A DNA stretch of 63,994 bases, counting the filler, from Neoconidiobolus thromboides FSU 785 (Eukaryota; Fungi; Entomophthoromycota): assembly GCA_025603075.1 (NCBI GenBank). It is 7 parts of 7 records of this genome, joined end to end, with 100 filler letters (N's around TTAATTAATTAA, not from the genome) between each part and the next. Parts side by side here need not be neighbours in the genome. Positions count along the whole stretch, not along the records: positions 13,388 to 27,813 come from MU626604.1; 6 more parts are not named here. One strand, 5' to 3'. The translations under genes were made by a program, and so were the position numbers. Within the stretch, counting starts at the first letter, position 1, and every line of letters begins with the position of its first letter. Under the pieces are notes generated by a model. It was not told where the DNA came from. It was given only the letters and a program-made list of their open reading frames with translations, and searched no databases. Positions 13,388 to 25,336 of this stretch are shown one piece after another.

Positions 13388-13550
13388 CACTATATATACT
13401 CCTTGATTACAATATATAATTGTGAGTAAATATTGATTTGGTTTTATGGTATATATCTCAAATTAAGTTCAATAATTAGCCTCGTTTGTAACTTAATTTA
13501 CATTAACAACACATGGTAGATATGACACATTGTTGTTGATTAAATAATAT
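13388..13550 (-). promoter_or_regulatory. Third copy of the HWP-peptide upstream region (TATA plus upstream block) pointing into the gap
   Basis: CACTATATATACT, TACAATATATAATTGT and GTTTGTAACTTAATTTACATTAACAACACATG match 18168-18325 in order and spacing. Confidence 0.6.
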
Positions 13551-13720
13551 TTGAAATATATTAACAATATAATACTTTTATTAACCATCCTTTATTTGAA
13601 CTTTTTACGATTTTATTCTTCAAAGGTCTAAATAGAAGAGCTATATTCCATAAATTATTGTGTACCCCTTTTAAAAATACTAAAATTTTTAGTGTCTATT
13701 TACTTTTATAAATATTATAT

Positions 13721-13807
13721 GGGGATGTATTTTAAAAGTTTTATTAACAATCTTTCTGTTCAAATGGTGCTTAAAAATGGAAAAAATGAAATCAAAAAAG
13801 TATCCCC
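13721..13807 (+). mobile_element. MITE copy (87 bp, small internal deletion), TSD ATAT
   Basis: GGGGATGTAT...TATCCCC with ATAT flanks. Confidence 0.85.
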
Positions 13808-14339
13808 ATATAACGCACCTTTTAACTAATAAATTGAAATAATCATTACATCGGGTACTTTTATTCATAACTTATCATCATGTTATTACGATAAAATAAC
13901 CATAAAGTCAATTAAATAGGTTTTTATCTTGTTGATGTCATTACAAAATATACAATATTTAATTGTTTATTGGTTATTATTATTATTTTATTTTTATTTT
14001 CAACTTTAGATATCCATATAAAACAAGTAAATAAACATTTTAGATGACATTACAATAAATGTGAAAATATCTTTAATACATACTTATAAATAGACTAAAA
14101 ATAAACAAATTAAATTAAAGTGCAGTCTAACAATAAATAAATCAGGGATACCATTATATTGAATCCCTTTAAAATTTAACTCATTTTGGGATTTGGCTTT
14201 TGTGAGCAAACTTGTTAAGTAAATGTACTAAATAAAATGATGTCCAAAAAAAGCTTGAATAATATACTAGCTATTTTCATAAAAAGGCTTTCTAATATAA
14301 AAACTAGATAGCCTATACCTTTGAAATTAAAATTGTGGA

Positions 14340-14760
14340 GTATGAATTTAGTTAATGTAACAGCAGATGATACCCCAGTAACATAATACTAATGATAGAA
14401 AACGTTTATAATAATTTAGGTAACTACATTATTATAATATGTTTAAATGGTAGTTGATTAAACAAGATATCAATTAACCAAGCATAGGATCATATTGAAT
14501 GAAATAAAAATGGATGGTACAAAATATACTTATCTTGGACTTCCCCTAATATAAAATTTCTATCATATTTTAGCCCCCTTATAAATAATCTTTACCTATA
14601 TTTGAAAGTGTATTTGGTTTAATCCTATTCAAGTTAATTCTGAGATTAATATTACTTGATTATTTACCACTTTATTCTATTAGTGTAATTGACAAACCAC
14701 GAGGTAAAATACATAGCTTAATATCAGCCTGGATGCAGAAACAACCTATTTCATAAAACT
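14340..14760 (+). mobile_element. Possible highly decayed non-LTR reverse-transcriptase relic
   Basis: TADDT (YADD-like) at 14360 and KYTYLGLPL at 14522, about 54 codons apart, with many stops and frameshifts between. Confidence 0.35.
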
Positions 14761-14849
14761 ATACTTATACAAAGAAAAATACTAATCAGTCTGATAAAAT
14801 TTGTTTTTTAGCATTTGGAGGTCACTTTAGGAAATTTAGCAAGTCTATT

Positions 14850-14944
14850 GGGACGTTTTTTTCGGCTTCATTGCTTTTTCCATTTTTCAAGCGCTATTTG
14901 AGTGAAAGGACTGTTAGAATTCTTGAGTATAAAAATATATTTTT
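14850..14944 (-). mobile_element. MITE copy (right TIR eroded CCCC>TTTT)
   Basis: Consensus match incl. AAGCGCTATTTGAGTG. Confidence 0.8.
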
Positions 14945-15439
14945 ATATATAAAAAGTGATACGAAGAAGCCTATTTAATTTTGTAAAAAAAATTATGTCT
15001 ATAGCATTTTTAAATATCAATATGTTTAAAGACTTACTAAGAACTTGAAATTGTATCTAGTAATACTAATATGATGGGAGTTTTTAAAACCTTTTGACAT
15101 AAGAACTTCATACCAGTTTTTAAAGTTCATTCAACAATTGCTTTTGGAATAAGTATTTATTGATTTTTTCCAAAAAGCACAATTTAATGTACAAATATAT
15201 CTGAAACTCTTATTTTATTTAAAACTTAACTAGTACTTTATTTTAGTTTTAGACTATAAAAAATGGACAAGATAAAAAAAGCATTCTCATATTTTATAAA
15301 ATAATTAATAGCTTGAAAGCAATAACAAAAATTTATTAAAAAAGTAAAAAGTAAAGAAACGAAGCCAAGATGTTTGGGTCATACTTGCATCTATGGGTCT
15401 ATTAAAATCTTATTTAAAAGTACTTTTGACAGCATGAAA

Positions 15440-16966
15440 TTATAGTATTCTAGCTATTTTTATAATCAATCCTATAATTTTTGTGGTGCTATTTTCAATT
15501 CCATAAAAATGTTTAAACAAATTCAAATCATCCATGTAGAGGGATATATTTTTTGTTCAAGAACTCTACTAATAACCTTTCCACTCAAATAACTCTTACA
15601 AATGGAAAAATTAAAGCGGAAAAAACATTACCATGTCTTTAACGCCAAATGATGGGTCCTCTGATTTAATAAAATAGGCCCAATTGTGATACTTAGGGGC
15701 CTCTTTTTTTAGTTTAAATTTATAAAATGCATATAGCACGGCTCTTATCATTAATATAAGTTCATTTAGTCCTCTTATGACACCCACTTGTTAATGCTTT
15801 ATCGTTTCTATCATTTATATTTGTAGTAATATATACGTTTTATTATTCTTATTATTGTTAGTACCAATATCAATATTTGCATTAATCCCTTGGGTTAATG
15901 GTGTACCTTTAACTTCATCCCATTTAGCAATATCCAATACTTGAGTTCCATCTGGACTTTCTACATTAAATTTATATTCAGAATAAACATAGCTAATAGA
16001 TTTTTTGCCAAAAGAATTAATTATGTATTTAATAGAGTTAGAAAAACATTTCTAATTTCTAAAATTAAAACCTTTTTTATAATAGTAATTTTAGATGTTT
16101 TTATATTAATTCTGAAACATCTCGAGATATGTTATAGTCCTCCATATTTCTATCACATGTCATGAAGTATACCAACTCACCCAATTTTAGAATAGTTTCA
16201 TAAGTTAATACATCTAGGATGTTTTTTGAATTGTAGGTTTTGACTTTGTTTTTATATTGAACTCATACAATATAATATAATTAACGTTATGGTTGATTTT
16301 TTCCACTTTATCTTCAAAATAATAAATTCTGTTATTTAAAATAAATGGATCTGTATAAAATCTACTCCTTGAATTTTCTATGATAAATTTTGTTTTTATG
16401 AATGTTAAAGAACAATAGTGGAAGTGATAATATACTCTATAATTTATAACTGTATAAATGTGAGATTATATAAAATCGCTTTTGATTGCTATCACTTTGC
16501 GAAATTTTATGATGTAGCTTACAATCTGTTGTGTTTTTATCTTTATAATCAATATTACGAATTAAGTTTTTGACTATTCATTCTTTTACTATTGGTTTTT
16601 CTAAACATTATGATAGCAATAACTCAACCTATGGCTTATACTACTACAAAAATTTATAATAAATTTACTATCTTTAATTTCAATATAAGAAGTAAATGAG
16701 GCTAAAATATGCTCTGATTAATTGATAGTATTATTTCTTTCCCATAGGGCTATATTGATACTTAATTTAAAACCTTTCTTCAAATCTAATTTAAACACTT
16801 CTTTGTTGAGAGGCACTTTTTTATCCACTGAACCTTTTTTATCAATAATACCGCCTAGATAATACAATACACCATCGATTACTATGCATTCATCATCACT
16901 AGTTTGTGGTAAGATTTTGTTAACCTTACATAATAATAATAAAATAAAAAGCAGGTGAATTATCAT
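15440..16966 (-). pseudogene. Decayed Kelch-like type I membrane protein gene, paralog-like to 23161-24285, interrupted by a MITE
   Basis: N-terminal ECIVIDGVLYYLGG...VFKLDLK resembles SCLVVDDALYYMQG...IYQLNLK; downstream fragments YGG, QVLDIAKW and a TM-like GVIRGLNELILMIRAVLYAFYKFK; multiple stops and frameshifts. Confidence 0.6.
15538..15632 (+). mobile_element. MITE copy, TSD ATGT, inside Kelch-like pseudogene
   Basis: ATGT on both sides; removal restores the minus-strand frame FGVKDMDDLNLF. Confidence 0.82.
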
Positions 16967-17983
16967 AGTTAATAAATATGAAAAGTAAAATCGTAATCGG
17001 TTTTTAATGTTCATATTATTATTGTTATTAAATTGCATTAATTTATTGGCAAGTTTTATTGAATTAATTACTTATTTATTGATATCCATTATATAACATA
17101 CTCCCAAGTATAATCCTTATAGTCAATTTTTTTATGTAAAAGTGTAAACTTCAAATAGTTTATTTCTAAAAGTAAAAAGTAAAAAGTAAAAAATTTAAAT
17201 GATTAGTTTAAAAGATGCATATATCAATAGATATATTCTACAAAGGTTGAAATTGGAATCTATATTTGTATATTTTTTGAAAAAGAGAAATGGTGAAATA
17301 AGATCTGTTCTGCTTTTGTCTTTCAGAATGATACCTATTGAGATAGCAGAAGGTAGGAATTAAAAAGCGTGAGCTATCAATTCAAGATATCGTATTTAAC
17401 GATTTTAAAGCTCTTATAAAGGATCCGCAGATCAATAGCAACAATGGGTTCTCCAAATTTATCATTTTGTCAATCAAATCAATAAACTTTCTAGACGAGT
17501 GACATAATAAATAATAGTTATATAATACAATCAACCAGCATATAGATTTAAGATGTATTTAATAGTCTATCTACGACCCTAAAAGAAAGGAAAGATTTAA
17601 ATGAGTAACAAAGCGTCAAAAATAGAAATAGAAATAAATCAAATAATAACAACAATACCAGCAAAATGATCGATATAGTGTATGTAACTCGGCTTCTGTA
17701 ATACATATACTTCATAGGATTAATAGTTCATTATAAAAGTAAAATGAAGAAAATTAGCCAATCAATCTAATCATTTTCTCCATGATATGAAAACATCAAA
17801 TAAATTTAAAAAGATAAGATCACATTAAATATTACAATTTTTTTAATAAAGCAAGAAGCGTTTGTACTATCACTGATAATAGATAGAGATTGGAATAAAA
17901 ATATGCTTTAAAAAAATTAATATTATGTTTAATTATTTATAAAGAAATAACTTTTAATAATAGTCTGATATTTAATCTAAAAT

Positions 17984-18109
17984 CTAAGGCCAATGAGGGT
18001 GAGTTCCAAGATGAGAGGCATTACTAGAAGCTGGTTGGTTGTTGACTGGGACTGAAGTGATTGTGGGCATGATGTAAACAGTATAAACGATGATAAAAGT
18101 AAGCTGCAT
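17984..18109 (-). CDS. 41-aa secreted peptide precursor HWP-1 (MQLTFIIVYTVYIMPTITSVPVNNQPASSNASHLGTHPHWP)
   Basis: Hand-translated intact ATG-TAG ORF below the ORF-track cut-off; hydrophobic N-terminus; same length and clear paralogy to 27678-27803; TATA box upstream. Confidence 0.8.
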   Translation of the reverse strand: MQLTFIIVYTVYIMPTITSVPVNNQPASSNASHLGTHPHWP

Positions 18110-20039
18110 TGCGTTTATAACAATTTGTATCTAATCTAATTTAATTTTATAGAATGGTAAAGTTACTCTATTTATACTTTTCAAAAAATACAATATAATT
18201 GTATTATAAATGCTTGGTAGGTTGTTACCAGGGGCGAATCAATTCAAACTTTAAAAAATGACTTGTTTGTAACTTGATTTATATTGATGACACATGCTAT
18301 ACACTGTACGTTGCCGTTGACCAAATACCATACTTGATTTACATTTGTAATATAGCGTTTTTGTTACTTATCCTTAATTTAAACATTTTACATCTATATT
18401 TTATAACTATCTGACTAAAAAAAGTTGCTTTTTCGTATTTTATACACCCTTTCAATAAATATATTTGGAATCTAGACTTATTCAACTTCGTAAGTATCTA
18501 TCCTATATTTATTGACTTATAGAGACAAAGTAGTAGCGGTTTTGTATTACCTTTTATTGATTACTAATCTTTGCGTTATTGCTAGAAACAGTATGTAATA
18601 ATATTTAGTGTTGTAAAATATTCAGCTACTAGTAGCTTACTGGTTTAAACTATTGGTTATATAGTGTTTAATTTTATTATTTATTATTGCTTGACATCAC
18701 TATCTATTTTATAAAGTTAAACAACTTTTAGCTCTAGTAACGGCAAAATTGGTAAATGGTATAGATATTGGAGTCAAAAAAATTAGACATAAATATACCA
18801 AATATAATCAATATGTGATCTGATATAAGATCACATCTCCAATAAAATTGAATCCTTTTAAAATTTAACTTGATTTAGAATTTGACTCTTATGAACAAAT
18901 TTGTGAAGTTTACTAAACTCAACAATGCTAACCACAAAAAACTAGTATAATATATTTGCTTTTATTGTAAAAATGCTGTAACCTATTTAAACCAATAAAT
19001 AACTTGGGTCTTTAGGACTGATGTCATGAAGAATAAAGCTTCATTTAAAGTAATGAACTTAGTTAAGATGACTGATGCAACTCTAATGACATGGCACTAA
19101 CAACAAAGAACATTTAAAAATACTTCAAGCCTTTCTTTAACAAAACATATAGCTGAAATATGTTATTGGGCAAGTTATACAGATTCTTCAAGTCTTATTT
19201 CATATAGATAAAAACGACTATGGCAACTTTTAAATAGAATGATGCAAACCCATACCTGTAGTAAAACGTTTATTATACTTTAACTCCTTATAAATAGTTT
19301 TTTCTAGTATTTTAAAAATGTACTTAGTTTATCCCTATTTAAACTAATTTTATGAATTATACCCCTTTATTTTTTATCCTTTTACTCTATTGATATAATT
19401 AACGAACCACAATCGGAGTACATCTACTCATAGTAATTCAGATGGTATAATATTGTTACATATCCAAGTTCATACAATATAAAGTATTATCTATTTAAAT
19501 AAAATGTGGTTTTTAAATGTCAAAGGAGTTGCAATTTTCAAACAAATCAGAAATAAATGGTAATATTTACAGTTGTTTCATCTCTTTTCAAAAAAGTTTA
19601 CTCCAAAATAAGCTATGCAATTGTATACAAAGCGAAATGAAACATAATTAAAATTTGATATTTTATTTTATTTTATTTTTAATAATGATAATTGAAAGTA
19701 AAGATTAAATTCTATTAACAGCACCAAACTTAAGCTAAATATTTAATTTCTCTATTTTTGTCTTTTACCCAACCCTTTAGTGTAGTTTTTATATTATCAA
19801 TAATATAATGGTATTTAAATAATAGCGATATAACACAGCCAGTTTAGAAACAACTATTATTATTTTATTATTCAGATATGTGTCTTAGTTACTTTCTATA
19901 AAGATATACTTTTTTAATATTCCTGAAAGAGCGAACTCCTAAGTGGTTCATTTAAGTATAATTATTCAACAAAAGAAGGTAATATAGTAGAGCAAATATT
20001 TGAGAACGTCTTAGCCTTTTTTATTAGAGTAAAAGCAGA

Positions 20040-20340
20040 CTACTGGATATGAGAAGTGGCAGAGGAAAGCTCAGCATAGTACCTATAAACAACCAGATGA
20101 TTGAGCAGCAGAAACTAGCTATAAACTTCTCATTTAGTTGAGGGAGAGACAACAATATGTCTTGAATATTAGAGCAGCGCAAATGACAACCATAGCTTCA
20201 AGTAAGTAAATACCCATACCAGACTGAAGAAATGACAGGATAGGCAAAGAAACGATGTTGAATACTATCTTCTAATAAGCCATAAAATCAGCATTCAGGG
20301 GCTATCTCTGGTTTATATTTGTGAGTTTCCACTCTAGTCA
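20040..20340 (-). mobile_element. Relic of non-LTR (L1/Tx1-like) ORF2 C-terminal CCHC zinc-finger region
   Basis: Minus strand reads PEC*FYGLLEDSIQHRFFAYPVISSVW...IIWLF, matching C-x2-C-x7/8-H-x4-C-x6-W with two TGT>TAT changes; GC above background. Confidence 0.5.
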
Positions 20341-20560
20341 AAAAGAAGTTATTGATTAAGCCCCACATGATAGGTTGATATTAAAATATATATTTTTTAA
20401 ATCAACATTTATTTAATCAAATAACTTAGGTATCATATAAAATTACCTTTTATATTATGGTTATAAGAACTAATAAATCCAAAAAAGCGCATGTTAAATG
20501 GTTCTATAAGGCATGCTATAAAAACAAACAAAATTAAAAGTTAAGCCTTTTTTTACTACA

Positions 20561-21466
20561 ATGAAATTAGGTTTTCATGGAGCTTTCATTGTCAGCTTCG
20601 CTAATACAATATCAATTACTGCCATATCGTTTTCACTTATATTATGTATATGTATTTCAATTGTCAATAAAGAAATCAATCAATCAATCACATATCGTAT
20701 TTCTATTTTAATAGCTACAGGTGATTTGCTTTACAATATTGGAGGTCTAATAAAGCTCCTTCCAATAGTCTATACAAATTCACATTTATGTTATTTCTCT
20801 CAATCTGCCAATACTTTTGGGTTCTCAATTTCAGTGTATTACTCGATAGTAATAGCTATACTTTATCTTTTAAATATTGTGTACGAATATAAAGTTAGAA
20901 AGGTGATAAAATACATTATATATATAGTACCGTTTATATTATCAATTCTTTCCTGCATATTACCAATAATATTCAAGAAAATTGATACGGATAATGAATG
21001 CTCATATTATGATGACCTTGATGGAGACTTATGGTTAGCTTTTTGCAATAGTATTTCAATGGTTATTGCAATAATAGTGATACCTGTGATATATATTATA
21101 ATAGCCAATTTTTTTGTCAGAAAAACAATGAGAAAAAAGTCAAATTTGAGTTCAAGTGCCCAAAAGCAAAGTAATCACTCAGCTTTATCAAGGCTACTTA
21201 GCTACTCTCTACTCCCAATTATAACCCACTCTTTGATGATATTTTTGGTATTTTTTGTGTTGTCTGAAAAAATGATAGATAACACAATATTTAAAATTTT
21301 GAAGATCAGTAGCGTTTTTCTCATTGGGTTACAGGGCCTATTAAATTCCATTTTGCTTTTAACTAACTCAATATTAATTAAAGAATTAAATAATGCCTAC
21401 GACAAGATATTTGGATTGAAAGAACTGGATGACCCTTATAGAATAGGCAGATTTTGTAAAATATAG
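20561..21466 (+). CDS. 7TM GPCR-like protein (cAMP-receptor-like/Git3-like)
   Basis: About seven hydrophobic segments; IATGDLLY (TM2), Cys before TM3 and in ECL2, LLSYSLLPII (TM6), LQGLLNSI (TM7). Confidence 0.75.
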   Translation: MKLGFHGAFIVSFANTISITAISFSLILCICISIVNKEINQSITYRISILIATGDLLYNIGGLIKLLPIVYTNSHLCYFSQSANTFGFSISVYYSIVIAILYLLNIVYEYKVRKVIKYIIYIVPFILSILSCILPIIFKKIDTDNECSYYDDLDGDLWLAFCNSISMVIAIIVIPVIYIIIANFFVRKTMRKKSNLSSSAQKQSNHSALSRLLSYSLLPIITHSLMIFLVFFVLSEKMIDNTIFKILKISSVFLIGLQGLLNSILLLTNSILIKELNNAYDKIFGLKELDDPYRIGRFCKI

Positions 21467-21682
21467 TGTTAGCTCTAAAATCCAAGTCCAGACCAAAAGC
21501 ATGAGGAAATAGAATAGTTTAGAAGTACATCAGTTTTATCAAATTTTATTTTCATACCTGTAGTATTAAGGATACAAGCTGCCGGTTAAACACAGAATCA
21601 ATCCCTATATAATACAAACTTCTCAATAAAGCCTACCTTACCAAACATTTAATAAAATACGTTAATCTGATCTAAAATATAT

Positions 21683-21779
21683 AAGGGTGTTTTTTTATCT
21701 CATCACTTTTTCCATTTTTTAAGCACGATTCGAGTGGAAAAGCTACCAGTAAAATTCTTAAACAAAAAAATATATCTTT
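21683..21779 (-). mobile_element. MITE copy, TSD ATAT
   Basis: Consensus match; eroded TIRs. Confidence 0.8.
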
Positions 21780-22084
21780 ATATTTTTTAGCTATTTCTAA
21801 AATGACCATGTATGTCTAAATATTATAGACATTAAAATCATTCAATGGTCGATAATTTTTTTTATGGTATTATTATATCGTAAACTCATATCTTTATAAG
21901 ACTAATAAAGAATGCTAAAAAGTTTTTAATTTAATTTTCAGCTTCTAATTTAGTTGAGCAAAGCCTTTATAGAACTTAGATTTTTTTTTATTAACAGTGG
22001 TCATTATCAGTTGGAAGATTAAAAGAGTGTTTTGGTTGTATGGTGGTTTTTAATCAAACTTTTTGGGCAAATACATTTATATAT

Positions 22085-22177
22085 AGGGATGTTTTTTTAT
22101 TCCATCACTTTTTCTATCTTAAGCACTATTTGAGTGAAAAAATTGCTAGCAAAATTTTTAACACAAAATACAGCCCT
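22085..22177 (-). mobile_element. MITE copy, TSD ATAT
   Basis: Consensus match; ATAT flanks. Confidence 0.82.
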
Positions 22178-23160
22178 ATATATATTAATAGTTCCAAAAA
22201 AGAATACAGAACTCTAACAAACAAAGAAAACCACTCCTAGAATTATAGCAAATTATACATCTTGTTTGTTAAAATTCTATTTTCAAATATTTTAAAACCT
22301 AGTGAAAAACCTGATCACACAAAATATACCTAATAGAATTGTTGTTATTTATTTATTTTTTACAGAAACCATTTCATCCTTAGACGTAAAAAATGTTTAT
22401 ATTATAGTCAACTGCTTTTGATATGATTATAGTCAAAAAGTTATATTATTTCGAAACTAACCATATAAACAGAAAGTTCGAATTTCTACTAGCTGCAGCT
22501 ATATACCATTATATTTGTAAATTTGCCCAAAAAAGTGATGGAACTTAGAAACCCAGCATTTTCGAGTATTTCTTTATTTGGAAATTGTATCTAGGACTCC
22601 TAAGTTTGTAGAATATTTCATAAATATGATGAATGATAGAAATTTGTTTGAATGGCCGTATAATGGTGTATTATAACAAAAGTTAATTTTCAATAAATTA
22701 ACAAACTTTTAAACTCATGGGATGCAAATTTTATTATAGAAGTGAATAATGGACTATTTATCTACTAATACTCTCAACATAATAATATATGAAACATAAT
22801 TTCTCAAACTAGCTCTCCTTTTTCTTGTAACTCCCTTTACTTTACTTTGGGATATTTCACTTTAAAGCTGATTTTATTTATTATTTATAAACGTAACTAC
22901 CCTATTTACTACAAACTTTAAGGCAATAACTAACATAATTAAAGTTTATAAATAAGACTTTTAATTAATTTATTAAATAGATTAATAAATTTGTATGCAA
23001 AATTTAAATATATTTTCATACTTCTGGTATAAAATGTTATTAGAGGGGTAACTAATATTCCCAATTTAACCAATTAATTTTAATTTTTGAAGCAGAAAAA
23101 TGTTCTATAATTTGAGTGTACTCAAAAGCTGTTATCTAAAAAAAATCTCTTTGTTTAAAA

Positions 23161-24285
23161 ATGAACTTATTTACTTCGTTTATAACAAATACCTTCTTAT
23201 GCGCTATAGGGTTAATCCAAATAATTAAAGGAGAGAGTTGCTTAGTTGTCGATGATGCTTTATATTATATGCAAGGAGAATCACTCGCTCAAAACAATCA
23301 AGGAATTCAAAATAAAACAGTTATTTACCAGTTAAATTTAAAGGATAAAGGAATGAAATGGAGAACAGTAGAAACTACAACTTTAGCACCAGCCATGAAT
23401 AATGCAGTTTCTTATTATTTGAAAGATAAAAAGACCATTATAAACTTCTATAAAAATAAAGGCATTTTAGATACATCTTATTTTAATCTTGAGAAAAAAA
23501 TATGGGAATTAAAATCAGAGGATTCTACCATTTTAGGTTCCTCAAAGGGAAGTAGATCCAACGAACTAAATAAAACTAGTAACATCAATATGAAGGTAAT
23601 ACAAAGCGATATGAATGCGAATCAATTTGTGTATCTCCAAATGTACTCGACAGATGATTTATCTTTAATCAAAAAACTTAATATCGATGGAATTACGATT
23701 ATTATAACTGATATGCTAAGCGGAAAAACCACTAAAGCAACCATTAATGTACCCAACTTTATAAGTCCAGAAGCCTTTATGTTCAATGGGAAATTATTTT
23801 TAATGGGTGGCTACGATTTAAATGAAACAAAATTTAAAAACAATATAGTAACTGAGATCAACCTTGATACTTTAAGTGGAACTACCCATAAATTGAAAGG
23901 GAAGATACCAGACTCGGAGCAAAATTTCAAACTTTTAACGGCTGACAATTTGGTTTATTTCATTGAAAAAGGAACCGTGGACTCAAATGTAGTTTATGAA
24001 TTAGATTTGAAAACGTTTACATTCAAAATCAAGTTAAACAAGTTTAAAATTAACGTTGATGGATGTTTAGCTTATTATAATAATAACATTATATCTCTAA
24101 TCAGCGAAAATAGCTCTGAGGATCTTCATTTTTTCAACACTGGTACTTGGATGCTCGAAAACCAATTTCCAAGTTTAAAATCTTTCTTAAAAAGCGAAAA
24201 AACAGGTTCATCAGGTCTTAAACTAAACCATAGCAAAATGATGTTGCTATATGGGATTATCGTGGGAGTATTATTCTTATTTTAA
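23161..24285 (+). CDS. Secreted Kelch/beta-propeller-like protein with C-terminal hydrophobic anchor (GPI or TM)
   Basis: Signal-like N-terminus, KLFLMGGYD Kelch-like motif, repeated YxLDLKT..W/F strands, C-terminal MMLLYGIIVGVLFLF. Confidence 0.6.
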   Translation: MNLFTSFITNTFLCAIGLIQIIKGESCLVVDDALYYMQGESLAQNNQGIQNKTVIYQLNLKDKGMKWRTVETTTLAPAMNNAVSYYLKDKKTIINFYKNKGILDTSYFNLEKKIWELKSEDSTILGSSKGSRSNELNKTSNINMKVIQSDMNANQFVYLQMYSTDDLSLIKKLNIDGITIIITDMLSGKTTKATINVPNFISPEAFMFNGKLFLMGGYDLNETKFKNNIVTEINLDTLSGTTHKLKGKIPDSEQNFKLLTADNLVYFIEKGTVDSNVVYELDLKTFTFKIKLNKFKINVDGCLAYYNNNIISLISENSSEDLHFFNTGTWMLENQFPSLKSFLKSEKTGSSGLKLNHSKMMLLYGIIVGVLFLF

Positions 24286-24613
24286 TTAATGACTTTTTCA
24301 TATCATAATAAAGTATAGTACCTAATTTACATATGCGATAAGCTAATAATTTTTTTGGTTTTTAAAAAAATGAAAGTATTTGATGTGGAGATGTTTGATT
24401 TTGGAAATTGTCCATTTTTTATTTAATATAGATACTAAAAAACATTTTATCGAGTGTTACTAATTGGGCAAGTCCAAAATTAATTTTGAACCATTTTAGA
24501 ATTTAAAGTTTTATAAATTTGCTCAAAAATTTTCAGGAATACTACAATACGTTCTAAAAGTATTTGAACTGATTTAACATTCAATATAAAAAACAATTGA
24601 GTGGATTTAATGT

Positions 24614-25336
24614 TTATTGTGAAATAGTACTAAAGTTAGGAAATGGGAATTCTTTTTCTACATCAGTAAAATTATCAATACTTGGATCCTGTACCCAGTT
24701 ATATTCATTGCACTTAGAAATTTTCATAGCTGTATCTAAATCGTAGACCTTGCTAATTAAATAGAAAACCCCATCTAATCCAGCAGTAGCACCTGAAGAA
24801 GTTATGAACTTACCATCATGAACAAATCTAGCTTGGCGTTGCCATTGGACATTTGGATATTTAGCAGCGCTAATACTAAAGAGTCCTTTAGTGATAGTAG
24901 CTTTTTTATTGTCTAATAAACCTGCTGCAGCTAAGCATTCGCTTCCTTGACAAACACTGAAGAAGAACTTATTTACTTTATCACTAACACGATTTAAATA
25001 ATCACTTAGTTCTTTACTTGGACCTGAGCCAGCAGCTAAAGTAAGGATATCTATATCGATATCCTCATCAAAAGAATGATCTGGGATTATAGTAATACCA
25101 TCAAAAGTTTTAATAGGTTCTTTGGTCTTAGCTATTGTCTTAATACGTGATTTTGGTATAAAAGATAGCATGGTGCATGCAATAGAGAAATCAAAAGTAT
25201 CTAAACCATTGTCAATTACTGCGACCACATTGAGTTCTTTATCAGGCATGGGAATTTTGAACCATGTACTACTAAATTGGTCCTTTTGCTCTAAAGTAAA
25301 GCTGCTATAATCTGGGGTTTCTTTATTCTGAGTCAT
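24614..25336 (-). CDS. DJ-1/PfpI (ThiJ) family protein, isonitrile-hydratase-like subtype
   Basis: SVCQG nucleophile elbow, LAAAGLLDNKKAT, RFVHDGKFITSSGATAGLD. Confidence 0.88.
   Translation of the reverse strand: MTQNKETPDYSSFTLEQKDQFSSTWFKIPMPDKELNVVAVIDNGLDTFDFSIACTMLSFIPKSRIKTIAKTKEPIKTFDGITIIPDHSFDEDIDIDILTLAAGSGPSKELSDYLNRVSDKVNKFFFSVCQGSECLAAAGLLDNKKATITKGLFSISAAKYPNVQWQRQARFVHDGKFITSSGATAGLDGVFYLISKVYDLDTAMKISKCNEYNWVQDPSIDNFTDVEKEFPFPNFSTISQ

Noticed and set aside
17225-17365. KKRNGEIR resembling Ty3/Gypsy RT motif
   Set aside because: The following CxDxRxLN and YxDD motifs are absent; too short to support.
22040-22240. ORF-track ORFs at 22040, 44438, 46837, 54643, 60875 and the N-terminus of 57045 with similar F/K-rich text
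   Set aside because: They are translations of MITE copies, not a protein family.
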